A stretch of 64,000 nucleotides of DNA from positions 352,001 through 416,000 of the forward strand of contig CAWELD010000003.1 of assembly GCA_963809895.1 (NCBI GenBank), given 5' to 3'. Origin of the DNA: an uncultured Gemmatimonadales bacterium. Lineage in GTDB: Bacteria > Gemmatimonadota > Gemmatimonadetes > Longimicrobiales > Gaopeijiaceae. Under the pieces are notes generated by a model. That model was not told the DNA's origin. It saw only the letters and a list, made by a program, of their open reading frames with translations, and ran no database searches. Both the position numbers and the translations under genes were made by a program. Below, in pieces: positions 40,713 through 52,096 of the stretch (position 1 is its first letter; the number at the start of each line of letters is the position of its first letter).

Positions 40713-41537
40713 ATGCGAACGACGAGGTGGGTTCCGGTGGCCGTGCTCCTCATGTCACCGGCGTGGGCCGAGGCCCAGAAACGAACCGTGACGGGTGTGC
40801 TGCGGCCCTCCGAAGCGGGCGTGCCCTTCGCGGGGGCCGCGGTCACGCTCCTGGGCTCGGACCAGGTCGTGTGCGCCGCCCCGGATGGCCGATTCTCGGT
40901 GCGCATCCCGGCGCAAGGCGAGAGCCGTCTCCGGATCCAGCCGGTGGGCTTCGATCCCTTCGAGGTGACGGTGCTCGAGGGGCGAGACGACGTCAGCCTC
41001 GCGCTCCCCGAGCACGTGGTCGTGCTCCGGGGGGTCACCGTGACGGCGTTCGCCGGGTCCGGGGCCCTGCCACACGCGAACACCGTCCTGGCCGGAAACG
41101 ACCTGTCCCGGGCGCCCAGCGCCTCCATCGAGGGTCCGCTTCAGGCCCGGGTGCCGGGCGCGGACATCCGTCACAATTCCGGCGCCCCTGGCGGAGGCTT
41201 CCAGTTGGATCTCCGAGGCGTACGCACCATTCTCGGGGGCAGCGAGCCCCTGGTGGTTGTGGACGGCACGGTGTTGAGCAATGTCAGGATCGCGTCGGGC
41301 GCGGAAATGGTGCTGGGGACCGACGCGGCGCAGTCCGACGCGGCGAACCGCCTCGCCGATCTCAATCCCGCCGACGTGGAGCGGGTGGAGGTGGTGAAGG
41401 GATCCGCTGCCACCCTCCGGTACGGCCCCCGGGCCGCCAACGGCGTCGTGGCGATCACCACGCGACGGGGACGGTATGCCCCGGCCGAGGCGGTGGACGA
41501 GACCGCGGTGGCGGCCTGCTTCCGGCCGGTGGGCTGA
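40713..41537 (+). CDS. Barrel-less SusC-like protein (signal peptide + N-terminal domain + plug only)
   Basis: NSGAPGGG, PLVVVDG, NRLADLNPADVERVEVVKG..YG..AANGVVAITTRRG, then stop after about 20 aa. Confidence 0.8.
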   Translation: MRTTRWVPVAVLLMSPAWAEAQKRTVTGVLRPSEAGVPFAGAAVTLLGSDQVVCAAPDGRFSVRIPAQGESRLRIQPVGFDPFEVTVLEGRDDVSLALPEHVVVLRGVTVTAFAGSGALPHANTVLAGNDLSRAPSASIEGPLQARVPGADIRHNSGAPGGGFQLDLRGVRTILGGSEPLVVVDGTVLSNVRIASGAEMVLGTDAAQSDAANRLADLNPADVERVEVVKGSAATLRYGPRAANGVVAITTRRGRYAPAEAVDETAVAACFRPVG

Positions 41538-41637
41538 CGGGACTCGAGCGTTTGCCCGGACCTCGAACCGGGAGCTACTGTCGACGTGAGCTCCGCGGAA
41601 GCCGCTGACCCTCCGGACCCTGGTGCGCTGCCGATCG

Positions 41638-43452
41638 ATGGTGGAACTCCTGCTGATGCTGGCACTTGCGTCGATGACCCCGAGGGTGGCGTACGCGGGT
41701 CGGGCGGTGAGGCCAGTAGACGTCGTCGCCGATTCCAGCCAGGCGGTGGAGGCCGCCAAGCAGGCCCAGGCGCGCTTCGAGCGGCGGCGGCTCCGGTGGG
41801 CCGACCGGGACCGGACGGGCACCTGGGGAGGCGAGTGTGACGAGCGCCTCGGGCGCATGTGCCTCCGCTTCGAGGAGGGCGGGGACTGGTGGCCGGGCGA
41901 CGAGGATCCCGACCTGGTCGAAGCCCGCGAGGCGCTCCTGGAGGAGTTGGCGCAGGCGGCGCGGACGGCCCCGGGCGATCCCTGGATCCTCGGGCAGCGC
42001 GTGGTCTATCTCGGCGAGGCCGGGCGCTGGGGCGAGGCTGGGCTGCTGGCCCGGCGGTGCCCGCTGGCGGCGGACCGGTGGTGGTGTGACGCGCTGCTGG
42101 GTCTGTCGCTCCACGCCCGCGGACGCTTCGTCGAGGCCGAGGCCGCCTTCCGCGACGCGCTGGCCGGCATGCCGCCGGAGCAGGCCCGCCAGTGGCAGGA
42201 CATGAAGCTGCTCCTGGACGGCGACGGCCGCGACCATCTGGACGACCTGGATCACCTGGACGCCGACCGGCGTGAGCGTGGTATCGCGGCCTTCTGGCGG
42301 CTCGCGGATCCGCTCTGGCTCGTCCCTGGCAACGACCGCCTCACCGAGCATTTCGCACGGCGGGTCGTGGCCCGCACGCGCTCCGACGCCCGCAATCCCT
42401 ACGCCATGAGCTGGGGCAGCGACCTGGACGACCTCCTGGTGCGCTACGGGTGGGAGATCGGCTGGGAGCGGACCGAGCCCAGGCCCGGCGAGCTCGGCAT
42501 GCGCGGCTCCGCCCTCGGGCACCAGCATCCCTACTCCGAGAGCTACGTGCCCACGGGGAAGGGTTGGCGGGAGCCCACGGGCGTGGAGGCCGAGGAGTGG
42601 ATTCCCGGTGCCCGCGATGAGCCCCGCACGGGCTACGCTCCGGGGTATGCCCCGGTCCTGCTTCCGGTCGACGCGCAGGTCGCCGTTCTGCCTCGGGGCG
42701 ACCGGGTGGTCGTGGTGGCGAAGCCCTTCCTCCCGGACGACACGACCTATCACGGCGGCCACGACCACCCGCCGCTACCCCTTCCGGACGCGTTCCAGGG
42801 GGCTTCGGACCAGGAAGGTCTGTTCCTGGCGGACTCCACCGGCGAGGCCGTGATTGCGCGCGTGAGCGCGCCGGGGACCGACGCCCCGCTGGTGGTGGAG
42901 GCGCCTGCCGGTCGCTACCTGCTCAGCCTGGAAACCTGGTCCCCGGCCCACCGGCGGGCAGGGCGGCTCCGTCGGCCGGTGGTGGCCCCGGCCACGCCGC
43001 CGGACATCCCGACGCTGTCGGATCTCCTGGTGCTGGCGCCCGGCGGCGGCGAGCCCACACGGCTTTCGGACATCGAGCCCTACCTGCTTCCCGGCGCCCG
43101 CGCGTCGGCGGGCGACACGTTGCGCATCGCCTGGGAGGTGTACGGCCTCGGGTGGCGCAGCGAGACGCTCTCGTACCGCCTCACCCTGACGCGCGTGCAG
43201 GGAGGCCTGCTCCACGCCGCCGGACGCTTCCTGGGGCTGGTGGGGGATCCACGGCAGCAGTCGCTGGACTGGCTCGAGCCCGCCCCCGAGGAACCGGGCC
43301 CACACCTGAGGGCGGTGGACCTGACGCTTCCGGGCGACCTGGACGCGGGCCGCTATCGGCTCCGCCTCGAGTTGGCCTCGGACGGGCGTACGACGCTCCA
43401 ATCCGAGCGCATCCTCGAGGTGGTCCCCCGAAGGGCGCCGTTCGGGCCCTGA
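41638..43452 (+). CDS. Secreted TPR-like + GWxTD-like domain protein
   Basis: Signal peptide; FWRLADPLWLVPGNDRLTEHFAR ... SWGSD..LLVRYGW; C-terminal Ig-like segment LSDLLV..GRYRLRLE. Confidence 0.6.
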   Translation: MVELLLMLALASMTPRVAYAGRAVRPVDVVADSSQAVEAAKQAQARFERRRLRWADRDRTGTWGGECDERLGRMCLRFEEGGDWWPGDEDPDLVEAREALLEELAQAARTAPGDPWILGQRVVYLGEAGRWGEAGLLARRCPLAADRWWCDALLGLSLHARGRFVEAEAAFRDALAGMPPEQARQWQDMKLLLDGDGRDHLDDLDHLDADRRERGIAAFWRLADPLWLVPGNDRLTEHFARRVVARTRSDARNPYAMSWGSDLDDLLVRYGWEIGWERTEPRPGELGMRGSALGHQHPYSESYVPTGKGWREPTGVEAEEWIPGARDEPRTGYAPGYAPVLLPVDAQVAVLPRGDRVVVVAKPFLPDDTTYHGGHDHPPLPLPDAFQGASDQEGLFLADSTGEAVIARVSAPGTDAPLVVEAPAGRYLLSLETWSPAHRRAGRLRRPVVAPATPPDIPTLSDLLVLAPGGGEPTRLSDIEPYLLPGARASAGDTLRIAWEVYGLGWRSETLSYRLTLTRVQGGLLHAAGRFLGLVGDPRQQSLDWLEPAPEEPGPHLRAVDLTLPGDLDAGRYRLRLELASDGRTTLQSERILEVVPRRAPFGP

Positions 43453-43454
43453 CG

Positions 43455-43483
43455 TTGACGCTCCTTCGCGCCGTTTCTAACTT
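43455..43483 (+). promoter_or_regulatory. sigma70 promoter for prs-rplY-pth
   Basis: TTGACG-N17-TAACTT. Confidence 0.75.
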
Positions 43484-43540
43484 CGTGGGCTGTCGCACTC
43501 GTGCGGCTCACTAACCCGGAGCGGCGGCGGACCTCACGGA

Positions 43541-44536
43541 ATGCCCCACGGCCCGAACACTCCCGGATCCATGGACGACAATTTCGGTCGAGGCCCTCTC
43601 CTGCTGCTGGCGGGGCGGGCCAATCGCCCCCTTGTGAAAGAGATCAGCGACATCATCGGCGTCCCCGACGACGGGGCGACGATTCGTGATTTCGCCGACG
43701 GAGAGATCTTCGTCCGTATCGACCGGAACGCCCGGGGGCGGGACGTCTTCATCATCCAGCCCACCTCCGCGCCCGCCGAGAACACCATGGAGCTGTTGCT
43801 CCTCATCGATGCGGCGCGGCGCGCGTCGGCGGCGCGGGTCACGGCCGTAGTCCCGTATTTCGGATACGGTCGCCAGGACCGGAAGGATCAGCCGCGGGTC
43901 TCCATCGGGGCCAAGCTCATGGCGAACATGCTGGTGGCCGCCGGCGCGGACCGGGTGGTCTCCATCGACTTCCATCAGCACCAGATCCAGGGCTTCTTCG
44001 ACATCCCGGTGGACCACCTGTACGCGGCGCCGGTCATCACCCGCTACTTCCGGGACAAGGACCTTCAGGACCTGGTGGTGGTGGCGCCGGACGTGGGGTC
44101 GGCCAAGATGGCCCGAGGCTACTCCAAGCGGTTGGGGGCGACCTTCGCCATCATCGACAAGCGGCGCCCGGCGCACAACGTGGCCGAGGTTCTGAACGTG
44201 GTCGGTGACGTGAACGGGAAGAACTGCCTGCTCACCGACGACATGGTGGACACGGGCGGCACCCTGGCCAATGCGGTCAAGGCCCTCAAGGAGCGGGGTG
44301 CGCGCGCTGTCTACGCGGCGGCGACCCACGCGCTGCTCTCGGGGAACGCGGCGGAGAGGCTGTCCGCGGCGCCCCTGGAGGAGTTCGTGGTCACCAACAC
44401 GATCCACATCCCCGAGGAGCGGCGCTTCGAGGGGTTGAAGGTGCTGTCGGTGGCGGGCCTGCTGGCCAACGCCATCGAGTACATCCACTCGAACGAGTCG
44501 GTCAGTCAGCTCTTCGAGTTCAGGGACAACGACTGA
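43541..44536 (+). CDS. prs: Ribose-phosphate pyrophosphokinase (start may be 43571)
   Basis: FADGE, PYFGYGRQDRK, APDVG, DDMVDTGGT. Confidence 0.97.
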   Translation: MPHGPNTPGSMDDNFGRGPLLLLAGRANRPLVKEISDIIGVPDDGATIRDFADGEIFVRIDRNARGRDVFIIQPTSAPAENTMELLLLIDAARRASAARVTAVVPYFGYGRQDRKDQPRVSIGAKLMANMLVAAGADRVVSIDFHQHQIQGFFDIPVDHLYAAPVITRYFRDKDLQDLVVVAPDVGSAKMARGYSKRLGATFAIIDKRRPAHNVAEVLNVVGDVNGKNCLLTDDMVDTGGTLANAVKALKERGARAVYAAATHALLSGNAAERLSAAPLEEFVVTNTIHIPEERRFEGLKVLSVAGLLANAIEYIHSNESVSQLFEFRDND

Positions 44537-44599
44537 GGGACCCGCAAGTACTCACCTGAAACGGGCCCCGCAGGCCCTCTTCGAGGCAGGTAGCAGATC

Positions 44600-45292
44600 A
44601 TGACGATTCACGCGACGCTCAATGCGGAAAAGCGCGACGCCACCGGCAAGGGCGCCGCCAGGAAGCTCAGGGCCGAAGGGCTCGTGCCCGCGGTGGTCTA
44701 CGGGCAGGGCGGCGACGCCATCGCCGTGACCCTGAACGCGCACGACGCGCTGCGGCTCTTCGAGAGCATCTCCGTCGAAAACACGCTCGTGGACCTGACC
44801 CTGGACGGCGAGAGCATGGAGACCCTGGTGCGGGAGATCCAGGTCCATCCGATCCGGCCCGAGTTGCTCCACGTCGACTTCTATCGCGTCCAGAAGGGCA
44901 TCATCCTGGACGTGGAGATCCCGGTGCACCTCACGGGCATTCCCGTGGGCGTCAAGTCGCACGGGGGCGTTCTCCAGCAGGTCATCCACGACCTGCCGGT
45001 GCGGACGATCCCGTCGCTCATCCCCGAGAGCGTCGAGGTCGACGTGACCGGCCTGGACGTGGGCGATTCGGTGCACGTGGGCGAGCTCGACCTGCCCGAA
45101 GACGTGGAGGTCCAGCTCGACGACGAGCGCACGGTGTGCTCCGTGATCATTCCGAAGGGCCTCGCCGCCGAGGAGGAAGAGGAGGAGGAGGGCGAGGAGC
45201 CGGAGCTCATCGGTGAGGAAGGCGAGGAAGGCGAAGTCGCCGAGGGCGCCGAGGGCGAGGAAGCCGACACCGAAGGCGAGTCCGAAGGCTGA
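44600..45292 (+). CDS. rplY: 50S ribosomal protein L25/Ctc with acidic tail
   Basis: GKGAARKLR, VPAVVYG, LHVDF, GVKSHGG. Confidence 0.96.
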   Translation: MTIHATLNAEKRDATGKGAARKLRAEGLVPAVVYGQGGDAIAVTLNAHDALRLFESISVENTLVDLTLDGESMETLVREIQVHPIRPELLHVDFYRVQKGIILDVEIPVHLTGIPVGVKSHGGVLQQVIHDLPVRTIPSLIPESVEVDVTGLDVGDSVHVGELDLPEDVEVQLDDERTVCSVIIPKGLAAEEEEEEEGEEPELIGEEGEEGEVAEGAEGEEADTEGESEG

Positions 45293-45294
45293 CC

Positions 45295-45849
45295 ATGAAC
45301 GTGGTGGCCGGGCTCGGCAATCCGGGGCCCGACTACGATTCCACCCGTCACAACGTGGGCTGGTGGATGTTGGACCGCCTCGCGCACGACTGGGGCTTCG
45401 GCACGTTTCGCCAGGAAGGTCGAGCCCTGGTGACCGGCGGGACGGTGGGCGGCCGACGCGTCGAGCTGGTGAAGCCCACCACCTGGATGAATCGCAGTGG
45501 CGCCGGCCTGCTCCCCTACCGGGAGTTGGACCCGTCCACCGACCTCCTGGTGGTGGTGGACGACGCGGCGCTGGATGTGGGCCGGGTACGATTCCGGCCC
45601 AGCGGGAGCCCCGGGGGGCACAATGGGCTCAAGTCGGTCTCGGCCGTGCTGGGGACCGACGACTACGCCCGCCTCAGGATCGGCGTGGGCCGATGCCCTC
45701 CGGAGACCGACCTGGCGGACTGGGTGCTGTCACCCATGCCACCGGAGGACGAGGACACGGTGGTGGAGCTCCTCCCGGAGCTGACGGAGGCCGTGGGCCT
45801 CTGGCTGGACGAAGGAATCGAAGCGGTGATGAACCGCTACAATCGATGA
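45295..45849 (+). CDS. pth: Peptidyl-tRNA hydrolase
   Basis: [30 protein letters not shown]. Confidence 0.97.
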   Translation: MNVVAGLGNPGPDYDSTRHNVGWWMLDRLAHDWGFGTFRQEGRALVTGGTVGGRRVELVKPTTWMNRSGAGLLPYRELDPSTDLLVVVDDAALDVGRVRFRPSGSPGGHNGLKSVSAVLGTDDYARLRIGVGRCPPETDLADWVLSPMPPEDEDTVVELLPELTEAVGLWLDEGIEAVMNRYNR

Positions 45850-45934
45850 GCGGCGCCCGGCCGGGCGCGGCCACGCCGGTGGACCTCGGAGGTCCCCGGC
45901 CAACGCGAACCGCACCGAGGAAACGAGTCATCCC

Positions 45935-48040
<2,106 letters not shown>

Positions 48041-48080
48041 CGCCCAGGATCGCCGCCCGGGCTCCCGGGCACGACGCCTC

Positions 48081-48126
48081 GCAGGCCCGGCATTCCTTCG
48101 TGGATGCCGGGCCTGCGCCTTTTCTG
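48081..48126 (+). terminator. Intrinsic terminator after hppA
   Basis: GCAGGCCCGGCATTC / GGATGCCGGGCCTGC followed by GCCTTTTCT. Confidence 0.7.
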
Positions 48127-48309
48127 TCGTCCGGCTGGACCCGCCTTCCCGCGCCTCCCCACACCGGGGCACCCTCCGTCACGGTGAATGACACCCCGTC
48201 CGCCGGACGGCGTATTACATCGCGGAGCGGGAACAGGGGAGGGCGGTGGGGCGTCGGGGGCCAAGAGGGATTGGATGACACAATGGACGCGGAACGGGTG
48301 CAGAGGCTC

Positions 48310-50772
48310 ATGAGGCGAGATGGCGGGCGGCGGAGCGTGAGGCAGGTCGTTACGGCGACGATCCTCCTGCTCGGCCTGGCGGCAGGCCGGGTGGCGGCCC
48401 AGACGGTCGCCGGGTCGGTGGCGGAGCCGGGCCGTTGGTTGGTGACGCTGGAGGATTCCCAGGGTCGGGCGGTGGCGTCGCGGGTGAGCGCCGAGGACGG
48501 CAGCTTCGTCCTGCGGGCCCTCCGAGCCGGCGCGTGGGCCGTGCGGGCGGAGCGGGTGGGATTCCGGACCACGCGCTCCGACGCCGTCGAGCTGGCGGCC
48601 GGCGATACCACCCAGGTAACGCTGGACGCCACGCCCGATGGCAACCTGGCCGCTCTCACCGGAATGGAGAGCTCCAGCTGCGTGGTGAGGCCGACGCCGG
48701 ACACGCCCACCGGCCGTGCCTGGCAGCAGGCGAGGGTCGCGCTGGCTGTGGCGGCAGGCCTCCTGGACCAGGAGGCCATCCTCCTGGACGCATCGGTGTA
48801 CCGCCGCGAGCTGGCGGCCGACGGGCGCACGGTGCGCCGTGAGGAGCCGGTCGACGTGCGCACCGGCGTCACCCGGGTCACGCCTGCCGTGGATCCGGCC
48901 GACCTGGTGGAACGGGGCTTCGTCCGTGAGGCGGAGGACGGGGGATTCCGTTTCTTCAGCCCGGCGCCCGGCGTGATTCTCTCCGATGCGTTCCAGGACA
49001 CGCACTGCTTCCGCCTGCGCCCCGACGGAGGTCCGGCGCTGGTGGGCCTGGCCTTCGAGCCGACCCCCGGGCGGGACTCGATCCCCGACGTGGGCGGGGT
49101 CCTGTGGATCGAGGCTGCGAGCGGCCGGCTGGTCCTCATGGAGTACGCATTCCGGAACTTCGAGCTCGGCATCCCCCTGGGAGGGGCCGGCGGGCGCACG
49201 GTGTTCGCCGAGCTGTCCGACGGAAGCTGGGTCATGCCGGAGACCTGGCTGCGCATGCCGCTGCTGGAGGTGGCGCTGGGTGAGGACGACGCGCCCACGC
49301 AGCGGTGGGGTCTGGGTGGAGTCCGCGAGGAAGGGGTGCGACTCCAGCGGGTCCGATCGGGCAATCAGGCGTGGTCTCTGGAAACCAGCACGGGCACCGT
49401 GGAAGGCGTGGTGCGGCTGCACGAGGACGGCGAGCCTCTGGAAGGGGCCCGGGTGGTGATCCCGGGCACGACGCACGAGACCCGCACCGACGCCCAGGGA
49501 CGCTACCGCCTGGACGGATTGCTGGGCGGTGTGTACCCGGTGACGGCGAGGCATCCCAGGCTGGAAGCGCTCGCCGTGGGCGCGGGCGTGCATCCCGTGG
49601 CGGTCCAGGAGGGCTCGGTCAGCCACCTGGATCTGGCGGCGCCGCGTCCCGAAGAAGCGGCGGCGCAGCTGTGCGGGGGCGTGGGCACCACCGGACCCCG
49701 GATCATCCTGTCGGGACAGGTGCTGGATTCGCTGACGGACGAGCCGCTCGCCGGGGTGCCCCTGACGCTGCGCTTCCGCGACGAGCGTCGCGACGGCTCG
49801 CCCAGCCGCGAGGTGCGCATCTCCAGCGGATCCGGCGGAGAGTACGTCTACTGCGACGTGCCACCCGCTACCGAGGTGCGTATCCGGCCGCAGACTCCCG
49901 GTAGTGACGGTACCGACGACGACGTGTTCGTCACGGCCAACAGCGGCGTCATGCGCCGAAACCTGGTGGTGCGGCTGTCCACGGAGACTGGACCCTCGGG
50001 CATCTTCGGCACTGTGCGCGAGTACTCCACCAACCGGCCGCTGGAGAACGCCGACGTGGTGGTGCAGGGGACCGACATCCACGTGCTCACCAACTCCAAC
50101 GGCTTCTTCGCCATCCCCGCCGTGCCGCCGGGCCTCCAGGTGCTGGAGGTGAGCCACCTGGGGAACCAGAGCCGCAACGCGGTGGTGCAGGTCGGCGGCT
50201 CCGGCGCGACGCGCGTGGAGGTGGAGCTCGCCACCGAGGCCATCCCCGTGGAAGGGATCACGGTCACCGTGGTTCCGCGCCGCCTGTTCGGCGACATGGT
50301 GGACATGCAGAAGCGCATGGAGTTGGGCTTCGGGACCTACATCATGAAGGAGGAGCTCGAGCAGCGGGGCGGGAACCTGGCCACGGCGCTCCGGGGCAAG
50401 GGCGGCGTGCGCCTCGTGCGCATGACCGATCGTCCCGGCGGGCTGGCGCCGGTGCTCCGGGGCACCATGGACCTGACCGGCTCCAAGGACGACCGCGGCG
50501 AAGTCTGGTGCTATCCGGCCGTATATCTCGATGGGCAGCGCTGGAGCCTGCCCAGGGAAGGCGGCGTCGGCCACGAGCCTCTGGACTTCACGCAGTTCCT
50601 GGCCATGGACGTGGAGGCCGTCGAGGTCTACAAGGGCGCGGGGTCGGTGCCCGGCGAGTTCGGCGGAGGCGACGCCGCCTGCGGCGCCATCGTGATCTGG
50701 AGCCGCCGGGGCGGCGTGACCATCCGGGGTAAGGCCTCGGGCAGGGGCGGCAGCGATGGGGGCGGTTCCTAG
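48310..50772 (+). CDS. Secreted multi-carboxypeptidase-regulatory-like domain protein with C-terminal TonB-plug-like domain
   Basis: Signal peptide ..VAA|Q; repeated G.V....PL.GA.V...T...G.Y/F modules; C-terminal CYPAVYLDG..VEAVEVYKG..VP.EF..CGAIVIWSR; start uncertain (48283-48337). Confidence 0.75.
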   Translation: MRRDGGRRSVRQVVTATILLLGLAAGRVAAQTVAGSVAEPGRWLVTLEDSQGRAVASRVSAEDGSFVLRALRAGAWAVRAERVGFRTTRSDAVELAAGDTTQVTLDATPDGNLAALTGMESSSCVVRPTPDTPTGRAWQQARVALAVAAGLLDQEAILLDASVYRRELAADGRTVRREEPVDVRTGVTRVTPAVDPADLVERGFVREAEDGGFRFFSPAPGVILSDAFQDTHCFRLRPDGGPALVGLAFEPTPGRDSIPDVGGVLWIEAASGRLVLMEYAFRNFELGIPLGGAGGRTVFAELSDGSWVMPETWLRMPLLEVALGEDDAPTQRWGLGGVREEGVRLQRVRSGNQAWSLETSTGTVEGVVRLHEDGEPLEGARVVIPGTTHETRTDAQGRYRLDGLLGGVYPVTARHPRLEALAVGAGVHPVAVQEGSVSHLDLAAPRPEEAAAQLCGGVGTTGPRIILSGQVLDSLTDEPLAGVPLTLRFRDERRDGSPSREVRISSGSGGEYVYCDVPPATEVRIRPQTPGSDGTDDDVFVTANSGVMRRNLVVRLSTETGPSGIFGTVREYSTNRPLENADVVVQGTDIHVLTNSNGFFAIPAVPPGLQVLEVSHLGNQSRNAVVQVGGSGATRVEVELATEAIPVEGITVTVVPRRLFGDMVDMQKRMELGFGTYIMKEELEQRGGNLATALRGKGGVRLVRMTDRPGGLAPVLRGTMDLTGSKDDRGEVWCYPAVYLDGQRWSLPREGGVGHEPLDFTQFLAMDVEAVEVYKGAGSVPGEFGGGDAACGAIVIWSRRGGVTIRGKASGRGGSDGGGS

Positions 50773-50847
50773 CGGGCGGTGGTCTGCTACATTGAGGCTC
50801 CGCCCGGGGCGAGAGGCCCTCGGCCCGCACCTTCGCCGTCGGCTTCC

Positions 50848-52050
50848 ATGTCCAGAGAGATCTCGTTCGAGAACGCCCTCGCCTTCGCCAGCGATCTGAT
50901 CCGCATCCCCTCTCCGCCTGGAGCGGAGGGCGAGGTAGCCGTCCGGGTCCGCGAAGAGATGGAGGCGCTCGGCTTCGACGACGTGCGGGTGGACGCCGCC
51001 GGCAACGTGATCGGGGTCGCCCGCGGCGCGGGCGACGGGCCGGCGGTCCTGCTCAACAGCCATCTCGACGTGGTCGCCGAGGGTGATCCCGCCGAGTGGG
51101 AGCATCCCCCGTTCTCCGGCGTGGTGGAGGGGGGATGCCTGCACGGGCGGGGTGCCATGGACATCAAGGGGCCGCTGGCGCTCCAGACCTACGCCGCGGC
51201 GTCGCTGGCCGGCAAGGCGCCGGGCGACGTGATCGTGGCCCACACGGTCTACGAGGAGCGGGGCGGGCTCGGCATGAAGAGCCTCCTGGAGACCGGCGAG
51301 GTGACGCCGGACCTGGTCATCATCGGTGAGGCCACCCACGGCGACATCTGCATCGGCCACCGGGGACGGGCTGAGCTCGAGGTGGTCCTTCGCGGGGTGG
51401 CGGGGCACGCCAGCGCGCCGGAACGGGCCCGCAACGCCCTGGAACTCTTGCCCGCGGTATTGGAGGCGGTGGCCTTCGTGGCCGCCGATCAACCCAGCGA
51501 CCCGGTGCTGGGTTCGGCGACGCTGGCGGCGACGGCGGTGGACGTGCTGCCCGAGAGCCGCAACGTGATCCCCGACAAGGTGGTTGTGGCGCTGGACTGG
51601 CGCATCCTGCCGGGCTCCACCGAGGAACAACTCGTGGAGCGGGTGAGCGAGGCGATCCGTCGGCGCGTGACGGCGGTTTCCGAGGGACTGTCGTGGGAGG
51701 TGCGGGTGGCCACGGAGGAGCAGACCACCTACACCGGCCTCACCCGGGACAAGGGCCTGCTCACGCCGGGCTTCCTCCTGTCACCGGATCACCCCGCCGT
51801 GGTGGCGGCCGCCGCGGCTGCGGGGCTGAGGGAAGGGGAGGGAGCGGCGACGGTTCGTCCGTGGACCTTCGCCACCGACGGCGGTTGGAGCTGCGGGGTG
51901 CACGGCATCCCCACCTTCGGATTCGCGCCGGGCGAGGAGCGTTTCGCCCACACCAACCGCGAGCGGCTCGACGTGGACGAGGCGCGCTGGGCCTACCAGC
52001 GCTATCCCCTCATCATCACCGCCGCCCAGGAGGCCCTGAGCGGCGGTTGA
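50848..52050 (+). CDS. M20/ArgE-DapE family metallopeptidase/deacylase
   Basis: NSHLDVV, GRGAMDIKG, EERGG, GHAS.P, AH. Confidence 0.88.
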   Translation: MSREISFENALAFASDLIRIPSPPGAEGEVAVRVREEMEALGFDDVRVDAAGNVIGVARGAGDGPAVLLNSHLDVVAEGDPAEWEHPPFSGVVEGGCLHGRGAMDIKGPLALQTYAAASLAGKAPGDVIVAHTVYEERGGLGMKSLLETGEVTPDLVIIGEATHGDICIGHRGRAELEVVLRGVAGHASAPERARNALELLPAVLEAVAFVAADQPSDPVLGSATLAATAVDVLPESRNVIPDKVVVALDWRILPGSTEEQLVERVSEAIRRRVTAVSEGLSWEVRVATEEQTTYTGLTRDKGLLTPGFLLSPDHPAVVAAAAAAGLREGEGAATVRPWTFATDGGWSCGVHGIPTFGFAPGEERFAHTNRERLDVDEARWAYQRYPLIITAAQEALSGG

Positions 52051-52096
52051 CGAGACTCCCGGGGCCTGTGGTGGCGGACGCCCGCCACCGGCCGGG

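Noticed and set aside
35290..43540. Integrative element at tRNA-Gln
   Set aside because: No integrase, no duplicated tRNA 3' end before prs, host-like composition
45165..45290. GAG-rich repeat
   Set aside because: Ordinary acidic tail of L25/Ctc
48100..48309. N-terminal extension of the 890-aa ORF
   Set aside because: Starts inside the hppA terminator; the signal peptide begins later
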